IMG/VR virus record: IMGVR_UViG_3300044709_000179 | Location: 32,001-96,000 of that record | Direction: 5' to 3' (one strand) | Source of the DNA: a virus | Lineage: Duplodnaviria; Caudoviricetes | Length of the DNA: 64,000 nt | Shown: positions 62,298 through 64,000 of the stretch, one piece after another | Layout of the letters: every line of letters begins with the position of its first letter | Position numbering within the stretch: position 1 is the first letter of the stretch | Position numbers and translations under genes: made by a program | Notes under the pieces: model-generated | What the model was told of the DNA's origin: nothing | The model's database searches: none | What the model saw: the letters and a program-made list of their open reading frames with translations, nothing else

Positions 62298-62794
62298 GCG
62301 GCCATTCCCTCGCCGCCGCCTGCCGCCGCCGCAGCCCTCCTCGCCTTGTAGGCGGCCACTGCGGCGCGATTACAGGCCCGGCACCCCCGGCGAAATCCCC
62401 TCTTTAGTTGCAGGACATAAGTATTCGACTCGTCGTACGGGTGACCGTTGTCGCATTTGGTTTTGCGAGCGTTCACTGCCGAGAAGCTTCGGCCACGAAG
62501 AAGGTTCACGCGTTCCGGAACCAACTGGAGGTGTAGGAGATTGACGCACCTTCGATGGAGGCACGCGGGACCCCCGACGCAGTCCAGGTCGTGACTGTGG
62601 CACACATGGTCTACCACCAAGTTGGGCAGTATTGACGTAGAGAGTCGCTGGAAAATGACTCGGTGAGCGCCCTGCCCCGTGTGCCACTTGCCATAGCCCT
62701 CGCGGTCAACGGGGCCTACCCAGTAGACGCACCCGTTCACCTGAGGTTGGCACTCTCGCCAAATACTGGACCGTGTAGTAGGTCGCGTCCTCAT
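62294..62794 (-). CDS. HNH endonuclease
   Basis: CVYWVG...GYG...AHR...VDHVC...CVNLLHL...N; KTKCDNGH...CRAC; lower GC. Confidence 0.88.
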   Translation of the reverse strand: MRTRPTTRSSIWRECQPQVNGCVYWVGPVDREGYGKWHTGQGAHRVIFQRLSTSILPNLVVDHVCHSHDLDCVGGPACLHRRCVNLLHLQLVPERVNLLRGRSFSAVNARKTKCDNGHPYDESNTYVLQLKRGFRRGCRACNRAAVAAYKARRAAAAAGGGEGMAA

Positions 62795-63039
62795 GCCGCC
62801 CCCCCTGACGTCTCGCGGTCGAGCCGCGCCAGCTCCCGCGCGGCGGCCTCGGTGAGACGCCGCTGCAACGGGACGTTGGCGTGGGCCGGCGGGTGGTTGG
62901 ACAGTTCGCGCAGGTAGGCACGGCGCAGGTGGACGTACTGGCTGGCGAACTTGGGGTCTTTCGCGTACAGGTAGGCCACCAGATCGGTTTCGGTGGCTTC
63001 GTCGGGCTGCGGCACGACCGGCAGGAAGTGGACGCTCAC
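62791..63039 (-). CDS. Hypothetical protein
   Basis: Coupled on both sides. Confidence 0.55.
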   Translation of the reverse strand: MSVHFLPVVPQPDEATETDLVAYLYAKDPKFASQYVHLRRAYLRELSNHPPAHANVPLQRRLTEAAARELARLDRETSGGAA

Positions 63040-63326
63040 GGAGCCATCACCGCCTTCACCCGCGCCGCGAGCTCGGGCTGGTTGGCGGTCGCAGTGGCAC
63101 CCGCGCCGAGGCTCAGTTCGGCGTACGCGCCCGCCGCCTTCAGCGCGGCCAACACGAACGGGATGGCCTGCGCCAGTTGGCGATGGTTGCCACCCGCCTC
63201 CAGCTTCTCGACCGCGTCGGCGCACATGCCGGCGACGAACTCGCCGGCCGCCAGCGGGTTCTGTGCAAAGTTGCAGGCGACGAAGTTCGCGCCCATAGCG
63301 ATCTGGGCGGTGGCATTCGGGCTCAC
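63036..63326 (-). CDS. Hypothetical protein
   Basis: GTGA-coupled. Confidence 0.55.
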   Translation of the reverse strand: MSPNATAQIAMGANFVACNFAQNPLAAGEFVAGMCADAVEKLEAGGNHRQLAQAIPFVLAALKAAGAYAELSLGAGATATANQPELAARVKAVMAP

Positions 63327-63529
63327 GACGTCACCGCAATTCCGGCGGCCTTGTGTGCGTCGATCCACAGCCATTCGGCATGCTGCTTCGGCATCTGGTC
63401 CAGCAGGAGGGGATACAGGGCGCCGCGCTGCTCGGGGTCAACGAAACGCGGATCCGTTGCGAGGGCGCGCGGGCTGGTCGGGACGCCATCGATGCGGCGC
63501 ATGCCGTTGGTGATGGTTTTGAGGCTCAT
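63323..63529 (-). CDS. Hypothetical protein
   Basis: Fills the gap; coupled to next gene. Confidence 0.5.
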   Translation of the reverse strand: MSLKTITNGMRRIDGVPTSPRALATDPRFVDPEQRGALYPLLLDQMPKQHAEWLWIDAHKAAGIAVTS

Positions 63530-63554
63530 GGTTGGGCTCGATTCGGTGCGAAGG

Positions 63555-63992
63555 TCAGGAGTCGGTGGGGCGCGCGGCGAGCAGCACATCCCAGTCGTAG
63601 AAGGGAATCGGGTCGGCGTGCCGGTCGCCGAGGCTGCGCGGAAAGGCCTCCAGCGTCTCGTTGAGGAAGCGGCGTGTCGGGTCGAACGGCAGGTCCACCA
63701 GCCCGACCTCGGACCGGTTCGACAGGTGCAGGCGCAGCACCTGCTCGCCGCCGACCAGCAGCGGCCACATCTGCACGTCGCCCTTGCGGAACGTCTGCGC
63801 CGCCACGAGCGCGTCCACCATGACGTCGCGGGACAGCAGCCACGGCACCTCATCGCCGCCGACATAGAACATCGCGCGCACAGTCAGGGGGTCCTCCACC
63901 TGGAACGCCAGGCGGGCCTTTATCGGCGTAGCGCTGCCGCCGATGACGTCGCGACTCACCGCGACGAACTCGCGGACGATGACGCGGGTCAT
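63555..63992 (-). CDS. SsgA-like sporulation/cell-division protein (SALP)
   Basis: EDPLTVRAMF...VPWLLSRD...GDVQMWP...LRLHLS...RFLNET. Confidence 0.8.
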   Translation of the reverse strand: MTRVIVREFVAVSRDVIGGSATPIKARLAFQVEDPLTVRAMFYVGGDEVPWLLSRDVMVDALVAAQTFRKGDVQMWPLLVGGEQVLRLHLSNRSEVGLVDLPFDPTRRFLNETLEAFPRSLGDRHADPIPFYDWDVLLAARPTDS

Positions 63993-64000
63993 TGCGCACC

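Larger units (their letters stand above)
1..64000. mobile_element. Actinomycete siphovirus-type phage/prophage, incomplete at both ends
   Basis: Complete head, tail, lysis, replication and recombination modules; dense ATGA/GTGA-coupled small ORFs; no host housekeeping synteny. Confidence 0.95.

Noticed and set aside
1-64000. Integrase, att site, folE, DNA polymerase, WhiB
   Set aside because: No matching motifs in any ORF; they may lie outside the window, so absence from the phage is not established

Overview
The whole window is phage DNA: high-GC, siphovirus-type, from a filamentous actinomycete (LPVTG sortase motif plus SsgA- and BldC-like genes; Micromonosporaceae-like host is an inference). 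No host flank, integrase, tRNA or CRISPR is visible. Reading the minus strand from 64 kb downwards: SsgA-like gene, RecE/RecT, DEDD exonuclease, RuvC, BldC-like gene, beta clamp, a tmk-queC-queE-queD-dpdA 7-deazaguanine DNA-modification operon, and a lambda-O-like initiator with iterons plus DnaB and SSB. These are followed by TerS, a late promoter/terminator switch, TerL, portal, a Mu-gpT-like capsid, two large glycan-active fibres placed inside the head module, a tail with a -1 frameshift, and the lysis cassette. The left 7 kb holds a divergent repressor/Cro switch, a second replication module (AAA_25 helicase plus palindromic origin) and small accessory genes. Most notable: (1) an HNH cassette that cut the endolysin gene and supplied a divergent replacement N-terminus; (2) a DpdA-like enzyme ending in a beta-clamp-binding motif in a phage with its own clamp, flanked by two kinases; (3) two replicons; (4) GH135 and beta-helix fibres in the head module; (5) several unannotated structured RNA candidates; (6) phage-borne developmental and surface genes. 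All family calls come from motif recognition, not database searches.
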